Virus record (IMG/VR): IMGVR_UViG_3300045950_000335
Span: 1 to 59,383 of that record
DNA length: 59,383 bases
Strand: one strand, 5' to 3'
From: a virus
Taxonomy: Duplodnaviria > Caudoviricetes
A model generated the notes under the pieces. That model made no database searches. It was not told the origin of the DNA and saw only the letters and a program-made list of their open reading frames with translations. Positions 29,001 through 38,538 of this stretch are shown piece by piece. Position 1 is the first letter of the stretch. Each line of letters begins with the position of its first letter. The position numbers and the translations under genes were made by a program.

Positions 29001-32000
29001 CTGATGCCGCCGTGTCCTACGACCTCATGGACAGCAACCCACACCGCGCGCTCCGGCGTGGCGATATTGGAGGCGATCAGGTACACGGTGTTCGTCACCG
29101 GGTCATAGACGCCCTCGGTTCCCTGGTCGATGGGCTTGAGCGCGCGCAGAGAACGCAGATACAGGTCGTTCGGCACCTGGCGCGCCGTCTCGATGATCTT
29201 GATGTCGCGGAACCCGTGCCAGCCGTTGCGCAGCCGTGCAGTGGCCTTGGTGACTGATTCGACGGTCTGACCGCCTCCTGGGTTGCCTCGGCTGAACAGC
29301 GCCGCGCCGGAGCCTTCGGTAATCTCGAACGTCCCGTCATCACGGACAATCAGCGTGCCGTCGCGCTCCCCGAACGTATTGAAAAAGCGCCCGAACTTTC
29401 CGTCTTTCCAGTCGTAAGTCCCGGCCTTTCCGCGAAGGCGCGCATTGAAAAACAACACTCCTGATTTGTATTCAAGCGCGGCTTTCAGCGGGTCTCTTTT
29501 CTTCCCGAAGTCAACCTTTTTCGCCCCCTCCGGTGCGCTCTCCAGTTCCGCCGATTCGCGCGCCGACTTCTCTGCGGCAAGGCGTGTCTTGACCTGCTCT
29601 TCCAGCGCGTCAACCTTTGCCCGTTCTGCCTCATTCTCCGGAAAGAAACCAAGCAGCGGTCGTCCGCTTGAGTGTCCCGCCATGTGGTGCCACTCCACGC
29701 CGGAACCCCATGCTTCGGAATCCGTCGCCTGCACCACCTTGTATGCGGCATCCCTGCCGCCGGAATCGTTGGCATTGCGAGAGTTCCTGCGCATCACGCT
29801 GAATGCCGGATCGGCAACAAACGATACTTCCGTCCCTTCCGGCGTCACGCCGGTTACGATGGCATCCCTGGCCTGTTTCATGAACACGGCCAAGTCAAGG
29901 TCGGTAAATCCGTCCAACTTGTCGGCCAGCCAGTTCCAGTTGTGCCGTTCCGCGAAAACCTGCAATGCCTGTTTGATCTTGCCCAGCACCCACTTGATCG
30001 CCTTCGCCGTCTCGCCCGTGGTCTGCGCGTGGGCGATCAGCTCGTTCACGATGGCCGCACGCTTCTTCGCCAGCGCGGTCTTTTCCAGCCCAATAACGGC
30101 ATCGGTAACGGCGGATATTTCCTTTTCGATCCCGTACTGGCGCGCGATCTTCAACACCCCAGCCGTGCCGCCCGCGCGCTGCCAGAATTCGTTCATCACC
30201 GGGACTGCCGCTTTACCCAGCACAGCGAATGTGCCAAGATGCCCCAATGCCTCATGCACCAGAGTTTCCTCAACCTCGGCAACCGTCCCGATATTCGGGC
30301 GCACCAGATAGGCGTTACCTTGATAGACAAAGCCCTTGATCTCGTTCGGCGGATAACCAAGCTCTTCCGCCGCCGCAAGAATGTCAGCCGGAATGTTGGC
30401 ATGATCGTCTATCGTGACGATCCGGTTGCGGCTGACCGCATCCCATCCGGCGGAAAGCCGATGGACGGCTTCATCGAAATCTTTGGCGGCAAGCGGCTCG
30501 ACGACCGGTGAGCCCGTCTGGAACATCGCCGTGTCAGTTGTCTGGGTAGTCGAACCAAGAACCTCCCGCACATCCTCCGGCGAAAGCGTGTCTGTGTTCA
30601 GCGCCTCGATGGCCTTCAGCTTCGCGGCTTTGTCCAGGTCGGATGAGATGATGGCGGCTTTGGCGGATTGCTTGCTTTGCTCGGCTGGCTGGGGTATATT
30701 GTTTCTACCGGATGGCTGAAAGACAGAAATTTCGCCCTCTGCTGGAACCTCATGGTTCACTGGATGATGGGTACGGCGGCCATCCAGCCATTCGGCACTT
30801 TTATTCCTGTACTGCTTCAATCCCCTATCGCGTGTGGTAATGATGTTCACAACATCAGTTCCGTTGCCATTCTTGGAAATCTCCAGCACGACCAGATAAT
30901 TCTTGTCTGTCTCATAGACAATGAACGCGCTATTCTCCCGAGTCGGGTTATGCAATACCTCTGCCTTACCTTCGATGATCTTCGGCAGCGAGTCGATTAC
31001 TGAATCCAGCTCAGCATGACGCTGTTCATCAGTATGTTTCAGCGACTTTCCGGATACTCGGACGAGCGCATGTTTTTCGCTGAATCCGTCGATGAATTGC
31101 GAAAGATCATCAATCGTGGATTGCGGCAATGTACCAACAGAAAATGTCGCATCAGGGACTTGCTGGCCTTTCTCCTTGCCGAACACATTGGACTCAAGGT
31201 ATCGGCGGACTTCGCTGAACGGCTTTACGTTTCCGGCCTGATTGCTTGACGTTTCGGCGGCGCTGATGCGCGCGGTTATCTTTTCAGCGTCATCCTTCGA
31301 CGTGAATATGGATACCCTCTCACCATTGTCGGCGGCTGCGGCAATCCGATGGCGACCGTCATTTACGCCGATCTTGCCTTTCGCATTGATTGCCACCTCG
31401 ATATTGCCGGTGGACTTCTTCCCGCTGCGCACGGCATCCAGCTTGTCCTGGCTCCACGCAAGCTGCTCCCCGTTGTCGCTCTCGAACGCATTACGCAAAG
31501 CACGCGCATCAACCTCGATCTTGGTGTCGTAACCTTCGCGCCCGGTATCGGTTTGCGTTGCCAGCAAATCCTGCTGCCCATGCGCAGCCCCAACGTCCGC
31601 AGCGCGGTCGCTGCCGGTCAGGGTGAATTCTTCTGGGGATGGCGCAGCTTCACGGCGGGCCCGTTCTTCCGCCGCCTGCTTGCGCTGGAGGTCTTGCGCT
31701 TTTAGCTCTGCTTCGGTTTGGCTTTGGAGCGCGAATCCTGGCGCTTCTGATGCAGCTCGTGCGCCGCTTTTAGCACCTTCTTGCGCTCGCTCTCCGGCAC
31801 TTTCAGCAGGATTTCCGCCACCTCTTTTGTCATTTTCGCCATATTGTTCTCCAAGGAATACGGCCAGCGCCGCATCATCCGTCCGCAGGTCATCGCCAAA
31901 CGGTATATCTGTTCCCTCATCGAGCAGGTCAGCGATGCCGCTTGCATAGCCTACGTGTTCATCGCTCAACGCCTCGCGCTCGGCAATCTCCGCCATGCGC

Positions 32001-34075
32001 AGGGCATCTTCGGCCAGATAGATCGCCTCGTCAAGCTGCGTTTCGGACAGATTTTTCCACTTTATCCCCAAGCTTTCGGCATGGGAAATACGGTCATTGC
32101 TGTATCTGTCCTTGGCCTGCTGTTCGGCGAATTTCTCGATGGTCGAGGCCTTGAAGTTGCGCTCTCCTCCGATATGGGCGCGGATCATGTCCTTCAGTTG
32201 CTGCACGCCGCCATCCACGGAATGCGTGTCGATGGCAAAGCCTTCATCCGCCAGCGAGGTCGCCAGGTCATCCAGCCCGCGCCCGTCGTTCTTGAAGGCA
32301 AAGCGCCAGCCGCCGAGCTGCTTGCGGTCCTTCTCTCCGGTGATGTCGAACATCGCGCCGGCATCCACGCCGCCGAGTTGCTTGATGCGCTGCAACAGGT
32401 CGGACGAGGCCCGCGGCTTGCGCGCAGCCTGAATTGAAGGTGCGCTTTCCTGAAGAGGCGTGGCCGGTGCTGTGATAGGTGCGGTCGCGGATTGTGCCGT
32501 AGGTTTTGCATCTGCCACCGGCTGTGCGCTCGCCAGATCGAATCCACCTTGCACTCTATCTGATGCAGTGCGTTGCGCGTCGGCCAGTTCCTTCGCCTTG
32601 GCAAGGGTGGCAAGCACGGCGTCGTAGTCGGTCTTGGTTTCCGGATTGGCTGGCCGTGCCATTCCAGGCGCTGCTACTGCTCCGCCCATGACAGAACCAG
32701 CCATGATGCCTTCCACCGTTGCGCGGTTGACGCCCTCCATCACCGGCTTGTCCTCGGCGATGTTCTTCAGCATCTGCTCCATCGAGGACTGCGTACCCTC
32801 TTCGATGATGCCTTCCTGCATCATCGCAGCAGGGATGCGTTTGTAGAATGGAGAAGTCACTGCCGATGTCGCCGTTCCGCCGGCGAGCATGGTATCCACA
32901 TCACGGATGCCGAACTTGCTGGCGAGCGCGCCGCTGTATTTTCCGACCGCTGCGCCCATGATGCCTGTCGCCAGACTTGCCAGCGCCGCGGTGCGTGCAT
33001 CCACCGACTTGTCGATCTCGTTCATTTGCTGGCCGGCCATGATTGCGCCTTCGCCAATAGCACCAGCCGTGGTCGCCGCCTTCTGCATCGCAGCCGGAGC
33101 CAGCCCGGCCTTGGAAAGCATAGCGACACGACCAATTGCGCCGCCTGCGGCCATGGATGGCAGCGACTGGATGATATTTCCGGCAGTCACGCCTAGATTG
33201 GCGGCATATTCCTTGGTGACATCCCACCAGTCTTTTGTTTCATCGTTCCATACGGCGGTGATGTTGTTCTGGCCTTGCTTGCGGATGTCGGAATATCCGG
33301 CCTCCAGTTCCTGAGCGTACTTGGCTGGCTGGAATCCAGTCACCCTCCCAACCTCATCGAACAGCTTATCGGCGGGCCGTTCGCCAACAACCAGCGCCGG
33401 CGCGATGTCCAGCAATCCGGTGAAAGCTCCGGGAACCTTGGCTACGCCGATACGAAAATCCGTCGCCGTGTCGGCGATGACATGGTGAGCATTGGCATAG
33501 TTGCGCTGCTCGACTCCTTGAGCATATTGAGCGCCTTGCTCTGTCAGGATACGGCGCGCATTCTCGCCTTCCGGCGTATCGCTGGCCGCCAATGTGCGCA
33601 GCGAAGCCATGCGCGCATTCTCTGCGTCGATGCGCTCTTGCTCCGCCCTCCCTGACGCCTCAACCGCATCCGCCATCACCACTTCCGGCTTGCGCGTCAC
33701 CGCCTCCTGATCCGCGATGCGCGGCGAGCCGCTTCCCTGAATGAAGCGCGATGTCTCCGCCATGGTGTCATTCTGTCCGTCTGCCTTGGGCGCAACAGCG
33801 CGCTCCGCGGCAATATCCTGCGCGCGGGTATTGACAGAAGAATAGCCGTTTTCATCGAAGCGGATGCCGGAGCGGATCGCGGCCAGCTTGCTGTTGGTCG
33901 CATCGACCGGCGCATCCATGACGGACGGACTACGGAACAGCTCATTGGCCGAACGGTACAGGCGGTCCTTCATGGGGGCGGATTGAACGGGTTCATCTTG
34001 TGGCCCTATCGGTTTCGCCGAGGAAAGATCAAACCCGCCGGATACCGGCTTGGCCGAAGCGAGGTCGAAGGTCAT
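26060..34075 (-). CDS. Giant (2671 aa) internal virion / DNA-ejection polyvalent protein
   Basis: Located between internal virion genes and tail fibre; HEALGH and HEVVGH zincin-like motifs; ParB-like NDGRHR. Confidence 0.8.
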   Translation of the reverse strand: MTFDLASAKPVSGGFDLSSAKPIGPQDEPVQSAPMKDRLYRSANELFRSPSVMDAPVDATNSKLAAIRSGIRFDENGYSSVNTRAQDIAAERAVAPKADGQNDTMAETSRFIQGSGSPRIADQEAVTRKPEVVMADAVEASGRAEQERIDAENARMASLRTLAASDTPEGENARRILTEQGAQYAQGVEQRNYANAHHVIADTATDFRIGVAKVPGAFTGLLDIAPALVVGERPADKLFDEVGRVTGFQPAKYAQELEAGYSDIRKQGQNNITAVWNDETKDWWDVTKEYAANLGVTAGNIIQSLPSMAAGGAIGRVAMLSKAGLAPAAMQKAATTAGAIGEGAIMAGQQMNEIDKSVDARTAALASLATGIMGAAVGKYSGALASKFGIRDVDTMLAGGTATSAVTSPFYKRIPAAMMQEGIIEEGTQSSMEQMLKNIAEDKPVMEGVNRATVEGIMAGSVMGGAVAAPGMARPANPETKTDYDAVLATLAKAKELADAQRTASDRVQGGFDLASAQPVADAKPTAQSATAPITAPATPLQESAPSIQAARKPRASSDLLQRIKQLGGVDAGAMFDITGEKDRKQLGGWRFAFKNDGRGLDDLATSLADEGFAIDTHSVDGGVQQLKDMIRAHIGGERNFKASTIEKFAEQQAKDRYSNDRISHAESLGIKWKNLSETQLDEAIYLAEDALRMAEIAEREALSDEHVGYASGIADLLDEGTDIPFGDDLRTDDAALAVFLGEQYGENDKRGGGNPAESAGERAQEGAKSGARAASEAPGFALQSQTEAELKAQDLQRKQAAEERARREAAPSPEEFTLTGSDRAADVGAAHGQQDLLATQTDTGREGYDTKIEVDARALRNAFESDNGEQLAWSQDKLDAVRSGKKSTGNIEVAINAKGKIGVNDGRHRIAAAADNGERVSIFTSKDDAEKITARISAAETSSNQAGNVKPFSEVRRYLESNVFGKEKGQQVPDATFSVGTLPQSTIDDLSQFIDGFSEKHALVRVSGKSLKHTDEQRHAELDSVIDSLPKIIEGKAEVLHNPTRENSAFIVYETDKNYLVVLEISKNGNGTDVVNIITTRDRGLKQYRNKSAEWLDGRRTHHPVNHEVPAEGEISVFQPSGRNNIPQPAEQSKQSAKAAIISSDLDKAAKLKAIEALNTDTLSPEDVREVLGSTTQTTDTAMFQTGSPVVEPLAAKDFDEAVHRLSAGWDAVSRNRIVTIDDHANIPADILAAAEELGYPPNEIKGFVYQGNAYLVRPNIGTVAEVEETLVHEALGHLGTFAVLGKAAVPVMNEFWQRAGGTAGVLKIARQYGIEKEISAVTDAVIGLEKTALAKKRAAIVNELIAHAQTTGETAKAIKWVLGKIKQALQVFAERHNWNWLADKLDGFTDLDLAVFMKQARDAIVTGVTPEGTEVSFVADPAFSVMRRNSRNANDSGGRDAAYKVVQATDSEAWGSGVEWHHMAGHSSGRPLLGFFPENEAERAKVDALEEQVKTRLAAEKSARESAELESAPEGAKKVDFGKKRDPLKAALEYKSGVLFFNARLRGKAGTYDWKDGKFGRFFNTFGERDGTLIVRDDGTFEITEGSGAALFSRGNPGGGQTVESVTKATARLRNGWHGFRDIKIIETARQVPNDLYLRSLRALKPIDQGTEGVYDPVTNTVYLIASNIATPERAVWVAVHEVVGHGGIRMLGRSVKDTVETAAKNSTVTRLARAIAADRKEPLNARKHVDEAIAELAAAHITGDFDALLDRYQVVVPAEMRGGLRALIQRVVDALRSFMRAALGKPGEQADEVSDAEILDLIRQMKGKVEGKAEPAVEHEDGSYAMSSRAPAPKEGPAVPRNTDIVARILPKSVPLLYSRDELGNIRSELLGTRRFKDFLHAAFFRPMGVKLGMAQATPELAKLIRRQKADLDKAMRVAGEVVNSTKGMTEEEAGLISRIVTQEMRNDDVPPEHALKIAAVVEQAMTQQGQDAVDLKMLSEDAYEKWKGRYLPRFYLRHLDPEIKSVWRRAFKSSPVDGFRSGSLKGRGKRQVVTAAELPQWEALGWKLDDKRILRSGNLELTLDGKPLPDTDTVVIWKDYTPEERRDMGEIEDFRLRFVMGYLSMQRDLSVGRLYKTIAENPEWTRRTPSDGFVYVPETEIPDTGGLKSYGMLSGMYVRKEILYHISQYEQNNNEFQKYYKAALSKWKEGKTVLNPVTHMNNFVSNLTMAHFAGVSYWDGEKYYFALRDLARGDQLVKEAEDAGLFTGDFSQEEIMKGMPPEVRNLISASSDSAARRAGRFIWKLASLGLNEKAAKAYHLGDTLFKYAIYRDARSKGMSPEDAVQYSTKYIFNYDDLPVTARVIRDYALPFFGYTYKVVPALIHTAVEYPWRFAMPATIIASINALTYASLAGDSGDDDWWLTAIASGTINALLNAYTLGLYGDGEAETAGQMLEQEERKNLPEWDKGRSALGTQKTIRLGTDEKTGMPVFMNVYRFIPGGDIQDVNNEKGGIGGIPAPLMPSNPLLGLYSGLIDNRNWDGKELFDSNDTGTDKAKKAAGFIYKQFMPAVAPMGNHYDRILNSAANYFDTTLEKASLFRDYTGTGKDGLPEQPKYAAMQTFGIKAKPIDLQRSEEIAEGMKMGVAKSVKAEIRSAARLLEKGAISQREYDRIEREGMEKIEALMQTE

Positions 34076-35208
34076 CAGTTGACCTCTTCGTATTGCTTGC
34101 CATCCGGTGACACATAGGCACGGTTGCCGCGCGCGTCAGTGTGCAGCAACCATCCCTTCGCATTCTTCGCCGGAACGGCAGATGCTCCTGACTGCGCTGG
34201 TTCCGGATCTGCTTCCGGCGAAGTTCCGTTGAAGTAGTCCGCCTCGTTGATGTTGAACTTCTTGAGCCAGGCGCGCGTGAACTCATTGAATTCAGGCGCG
34301 TCCTGCGGACGCTTCCCATTCAGCGAGCTGATCGGATACATGGCATTGAAGTCTGAACGGATGTCGTCGCGCACCTGGCTGAACCTGTCGCGCCGCGCTT
34401 GCGGGTTATTCATCTCGTAGCGGGTCTTCTCTGCACCGGCGGTGCTGGCTGCGGCCGCCGCCCTGCTCTGGATCGCATCGGCCAGCAGCTTGCCGATGTT
34501 GGCGTCGTGCAGCGCCGCATCCGTCACCGCGACCGCGCCGCTGCCTTCGTTGGTAGTCCTGCCGTGCGTATCGCTGCGAAAAGGCGTGTAGGTCGCGCCT
34601 TCCTTCGCCAGTGTGTTGAGCACATTGATTGCTGTGAAGTCGCCGGAACGGATTGCATCCTCCGCTTTGGCCTGTGCCCTCAGTGCCGATACCGTTTGCG
34701 GAGTGGCCGCTTTCTCCCCACCGGCCTGAATGGCCGCGTTCAGTTGTGCGGCGAGACCGGACCATTCCGGAGCGGCATGCGGCAGCACGCGGTCTTGCGG
34801 CTGAATGGCGGTCATCAGCCCGTCGGCAAGCGCGTTGCTTCCCGCCTGTTTCGCCCATGCAAGAGGATCGTCTGAAAGGGTTGGCTTCGGTCTGGCCATT
34901 TCCAGGTCTGGATCGGCCTTCTGGAATACGGAACTTCCCCAGCCGCCTCCAGCGTCGTGTGTCTTGAGTCGCTCGGCATCGGCGTCTTTCAGGCCGAGCA
35001 GTCCGCCAACCAGGCTGCTGCGCTGGGCAGGGTCGTTGAACTGCGCAATGCGCTTGGCCTCCTCGGTCTCTTTCGCCATCTGCGCGCGGCGCAGGCCGAG
35101 CGTCGCGCCGTCGATTTGGCCTCTCTCGTAGTACTTGTCATGTCCACCGGCGAATCCGCCCAGCATATCGCCGAGAGATTGCCCGAGTCTCGCGTAGGTC
35201 TGCGGCAT
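34075..35208 (-). CDS. Internal virion / ejection protein
   Basis: Gly/Ala-rich 377 aa; TGATG-coupled to the giant gene. Confidence 0.65.
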   Translation of the reverse strand: MPQTYARLGQSLGDMLGGFAGGHDKYYERGQIDGATLGLRRAQMAKETEEAKRIAQFNDPAQRSSLVGGLLGLKDADAERLKTHDAGGGWGSSVFQKADPDLEMARPKPTLSDDPLAWAKQAGSNALADGLMTAIQPQDRVLPHAAPEWSGLAAQLNAAIQAGGEKAATPQTVSALRAQAKAEDAIRSGDFTAINVLNTLAKEGATYTPFRSDTHGRTTNEGSGAVAVTDAALHDANIGKLLADAIQSRAAAAASTAGAEKTRYEMNNPQARRDRFSQVRDDIRSDFNAMYPISSLNGKRPQDAPEFNEFTRAWLKKFNINEADYFNGTSPEADPEPAQSGASAVPAKNAKGWLLHTDARGNRAYVSPDGKQYEEVN

Positions 35209-35222
35209 GTTCCACCCCCCCC

Positions 35223-35825
35223 CTACTTCTTTCCCATTATCGAAGATGCAGAAGACAGCCCCTGCAGCAGCCCGCCTGCGAGCGAACCGCTGTCCTGCAC
35301 GCCGGACAGCGCCGTGCGCGCATAGCGGTCGTTGCGGGCAATCTTCGAGCCGATGCCCGCCACCTCGCTTGCCATGTCGCCGCCCATTAGCGCCTCCTGG
35401 TCATACATCATTCCCGCAGCGCCCGTGCGCGCCGACAGCCTGGCGCGCTTCATGATGTCGTCCGCCGCCTTGGCCGTGGCGTCAGCCTTGGCGCGTGTGA
35501 AGTCGCTCGACAGGTTGCCGTATGCGCTTGAAGACACGTCTCCGCTTGCCTTTCCGCCGTTGGCGTCCATCAGTGCCTGCGCCAGGCTGGATTCCTGTTT
35601 CGTCGCCGCATTCTCGTACCTTGCGACGCGATCTTCAGGGCGGTAGGTGGTATCCGCAAAGCTCTCGATGGTCTTGGCGCGCTGCTCGTTCAGCTTGGCA
35701 TTCTCTGCATCGGCCGCATTCAGAATGGCCTGACGCTGGTTGTTCGCATCCTCTGCGGCTTGTTGCTGCATCATCGTTCCGGCAGCAGAAGCGGCCAGAA
35801 GAGCTATTTCACCTCCGGTACACAT
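35223..35825 (-). CDS. Internal virion protein (MC- start, T7 gp14-like position)
   Basis: MCTGGEIALLAASAAG; Ala/Gln-rich. Confidence 0.65.
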   Translation of the reverse strand: MCTGGEIALLAASAAGTMMQQQAAEDANNQRQAILNAADAENAKLNEQRAKTIESFADTTYRPEDRVARYENAATKQESSLAQALMDANGGKASGDVSSSAYGNLSSDFTRAKADATAKAADDIMKRARLSARTGAAGMMYDQEALMGGDMASEVAGIGSKIARNDRYARTALSGVQDSGSLAGGLLQGLSSASSIMGKK

Positions 35826-35834
35826 GGCCTACTC

Positions 35835-36674
35835 CTAGTAATTTCCTGTTGAGCCGTTGTATCCACGCTGCGTTGAGCCGTTTCGCTGTTGCGGAGATTG
35901 CGGGACAGACCCATTCCGCACACCCTGGTCGTATTGATACTGACGATATTGGTTGTTCAGTCGGTCGAAGAATCCGACCAGGTTGGACGCCGATGCATCG
36001 TTCATCGCCTGCGTGGAGTTGTTGCGCATCTCGGCATAAGCCTGGTTGACTGCGCTGCCCTGGTCCAGCCCTGCCCTCACGCTGTTGATCAGCTTGATGC
36101 GTGTGTTGTCATCGGCAGCCCTGGCGTTTGTCGCCGACGTGTTCCCCATTTCCTTCGCTCGCAGCACGCCCTGCTGGAAGGTGTCCAGCACGTCCCGGTT
36201 CGAGTCAATGTCACGGCTGCCGCCGGTCAGTCCGTTGCGCGCGAGATCGAACGCCAGATTGCGCTCGGTGATGGCGCGCTCCTTTTCCAGGTCGACCATC
36301 GCCTTGCTGGTGACATCTTTCGAGATGGTGTCGTATAGCGCCGCGCGCTTGGCAAATGCATCGCGCGTGGCCTGCGCTTTGCTATTTGCGGCGTCAACGG
36401 CAGCATCGTAACCAGCCTGATCGAACACTTGCACATTCCGGTTTGCTGTTCCATGTCCAATCCTGATGCGCGAATCGGCATTGTAATTGTAGTTGGCAGG
36501 CACGGAAGCTGCTGGTTTGGTCGTATAGAACGCGGATTGATCAACCGTCTCCACGGTCGGATTTTCCACGCCCATTGCCTCGTTGATTTTTGCAATCGCC
36601 GCCGCGACGCGCGCATCCTCGTCAGCCTTGCGCTGCGCCGCGCCTCCGTCACCGCCTCCGCCTCCGCCGCACAT
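35835..36674 (-). CDS. Virion protein (MCGGGGG- start)
   Basis: RBS GGAGG; start reassigned to MCGGG. Confidence 0.65.
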   Translation of the reverse strand: MCGGGGGGDGGAAQRKADEDARVAAAIAKINEAMGVENPTVETVDQSAFYTTKPAASVPANYNYNADSRIRIGHGTANRNVQVFDQAGYDAAVDAANSKAQATRDAFAKRAALYDTISKDVTSKAMVDLEKERAITERNLAFDLARNGLTGGSRDIDSNRDVLDTFQQGVLRAKEMGNTSATNARAADDNTRIKLINSVRAGLDQGSAVNQAYAEMRNNSTQAMNDASASNLVGFFDRLNNQYRQYQYDQGVRNGSVPQSPQQRNGSTQRGYNGSTGNY

Positions 36675-36675
36675 A

Positions 36676-37119
36676 CTATCCTCCGATGTCCTTAACGAAT
36701 GTCTCGCCAACCTGCCGGTATCCGAGCGCCTGGTACAGCTTCCCTGCGCTCATGCTGCCGGTCGTAACCCCTGGCCTGATCTGTCTGACATCGTTGCGCT
36801 CGCACCATTCCTCGAAGCGCCTGACCAGTTTGAACGCCAGCAATCCGTTTCGGTGTTCTGGCGCAATATAGAGAGCGTAGTCGATACCCATGCGTTCCGT
36901 CGTGTACCACGGCGTGACCACATCGCCCATCATGCCGCCGATCACCTCGCCGTCATTCTCCGCCACGACGGCAAAGCCGTGACCGATGAGCAGCCTCGCC
37001 GTCTCGGCGACGCGCTCCGGCGAATAAATCATGGTCCGGTACGAGCTTTCTTCGTGCATGCGCCTGCCGAGGTCTACTATGACGGGCACATCATCCATAG
37101 TGGCCGCGCGTATCGTCAT
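36676..37119 (-). CDS. GNAT family N-acetyltransferase
   Basis: MTIRAATMDD, LYIAPEHRNG, KLYQALGY. Confidence 0.85.
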   Translation of the reverse strand: MTIRAATMDDVPVIVDLGRRMHEESSYRTMIYSPERVAETARLLIGHGFAVVAENDGEVIGGMMGDVVTPWYTTERMGIDYALYIAPEHRNGLLAFKLVRRFEEWCERNDVRQIRPGVTTGSMSAGKLYQALGYRQVGETFVKDIGG

Positions 37120-38537
37120 AGCGGCGCCAGCGTGTCGAAGTAATAGGTCAGCGCATGCAGCTCGAACTCCTGATCGTCGTAGTTGTGGATGTCCGGTGCA
37201 ATGTTGGTTGCCAGTAGCTCGACAGGCATCAGGTAGCCGGGGCGCGAATCTCCGCTGATCGTGACGGGAGGATCGGTCTTGAGCGCCGTGTTGCGCGGGT
37301 CAAACCGGTGCGCGATCTGGCAGCTCCCGGTAACCACGGCATCCATGCCGTGAATCTGCTTGAGAATGCCCGGCGTCTTGAAATCGAGATAGGCCATCTC
37401 GATGTCAACCTGGTACAACGTGCCGTCGTCTGTCTTGACGTTGGGATCGACCTTGTACACGTTGTCGCCCGAGCGTATATACAGTTCGGCATTCAGTTCA
37501 TCCATGTAGTCCAATGCGAACGGATATTCGTACAGGCTCCATGCCATTACGCCGGTCGTGCGGCTGAACGTGTAGACCATCGCTTTGCTGCCTGAATACA
37601 GCCAGTATTGCCCGCCACCGCGGTAGTACTGAGCCCTGGCGTTCGCGATGTCGAAAGCAAACGCACCAGCCAATCCGCGTATCAGCTCACGGTCGATGGG
37701 CGAGCCGATGTCGGTGTCGATCAGGTTGGTGGTGACATCCTGGCGGGTGATGCTGCGCACGCCGGCCGGGCTGAAAAAGAACACGTCTCCGGCCATGTTG
37801 GCATGCGAGTACGGCAGGTTCGAGCCGACATCTACCGCCTGCAGGAAGGCGTGATTGGCCGGATTGACATCAACCTGCCATATCTGCGATGAATCCGGGA
37901 ATAGCACCACCAGCCGGTTCTGGTAAAAACCGAGCGCAGATGCCTGACTTGCGCCAGACTGTTGCAGTCCGACCGGCAGGAAGCCGGCATCGTTCGCCGC
38001 AGTCCAGTCACGCGGGTTATTGGTCTTGCAGAACCGCACCACGTCTCCGTTGGTCCCGACCGACCACACCTTGCTGGAAATCTTGGCGACCTGCTTGGTG
38101 TGCGGGCAGTTCGCGTCCGCAATGTGCGTTGCGCCAGGCGCGGCACCGTCCAGGTAGTGATGTCTGATCTCGCCACCGGTGTACTCGACCGCAGCGTACA
38201 GGTAGCCGTTGAAAACGTCCGCATAGTGCGCCTTGGCCACCGCCAGAGCGGCATTTGTCGGGCTGCGCACGTTGTGCGCCTGGAACAGCGGATTGGCGTG
38301 CGTAACGGTGCCGGTCCCGCCGTAGAAGGTGTTGAGCTTGCCGTTTCCAGTGAACAATCCGGTCGTGCCAGCCTCCAGCGTCGCGATCTTGGTCAGGCCA
38401 GGCCGCTTGCGGATGGTCTTGCCCTCGGTTGCATGGGCGTTCTTGAGCGAGCGCAGGCGGTTCGCGTCGGAAGTACTCAACCCCTTGCGGAGGTCGAGGC
38501 CGAAGTCGAAGCGGTCGAAGGTAATTGACTTCGGCAC
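37116..38537 (-). CDS. Tail nozzle / tail tubular protein B-like
   Basis: Beta-rich 473 aa after the adaptor; LKNA...IRKRPG N-terminus. Confidence 0.65.
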   Translation of the reverse strand: MPKSITFDRFDFGLDLRKGLSTSDANRLRSLKNAHATEGKTIRKRPGLTKIATLEAGTTGLFTGNGKLNTFYGGTGTVTHANPLFQAHNVRSPTNAALAVAKAHYADVFNGYLYAAVEYTGGEIRHHYLDGAAPGATHIADANCPHTKQVAKISSKVWSVGTNGDVVRFCKTNNPRDWTAANDAGFLPVGLQQSGASQASALGFYQNRLVVLFPDSSQIWQVDVNPANHAFLQAVDVGSNLPYSHANMAGDVFFFSPAGVRSITRQDVTTNLIDTDIGSPIDRELIRGLAGAFAFDIANARAQYYRGGGQYWLYSGSKAMVYTFSRTTGVMAWSLYEYPFALDYMDELNAELYIRSGDNVYKVDPNVKTDDGTLYQVDIEMAYLDFKTPGILKQIHGMDAVVTGSCQIAHRFDPRNTALKTDPPVTISGDSRPGYLMPVELLATNIAPDIHNYDDQEFELHALTYYFDTLAPL

Positions 38538-38538
38538 G

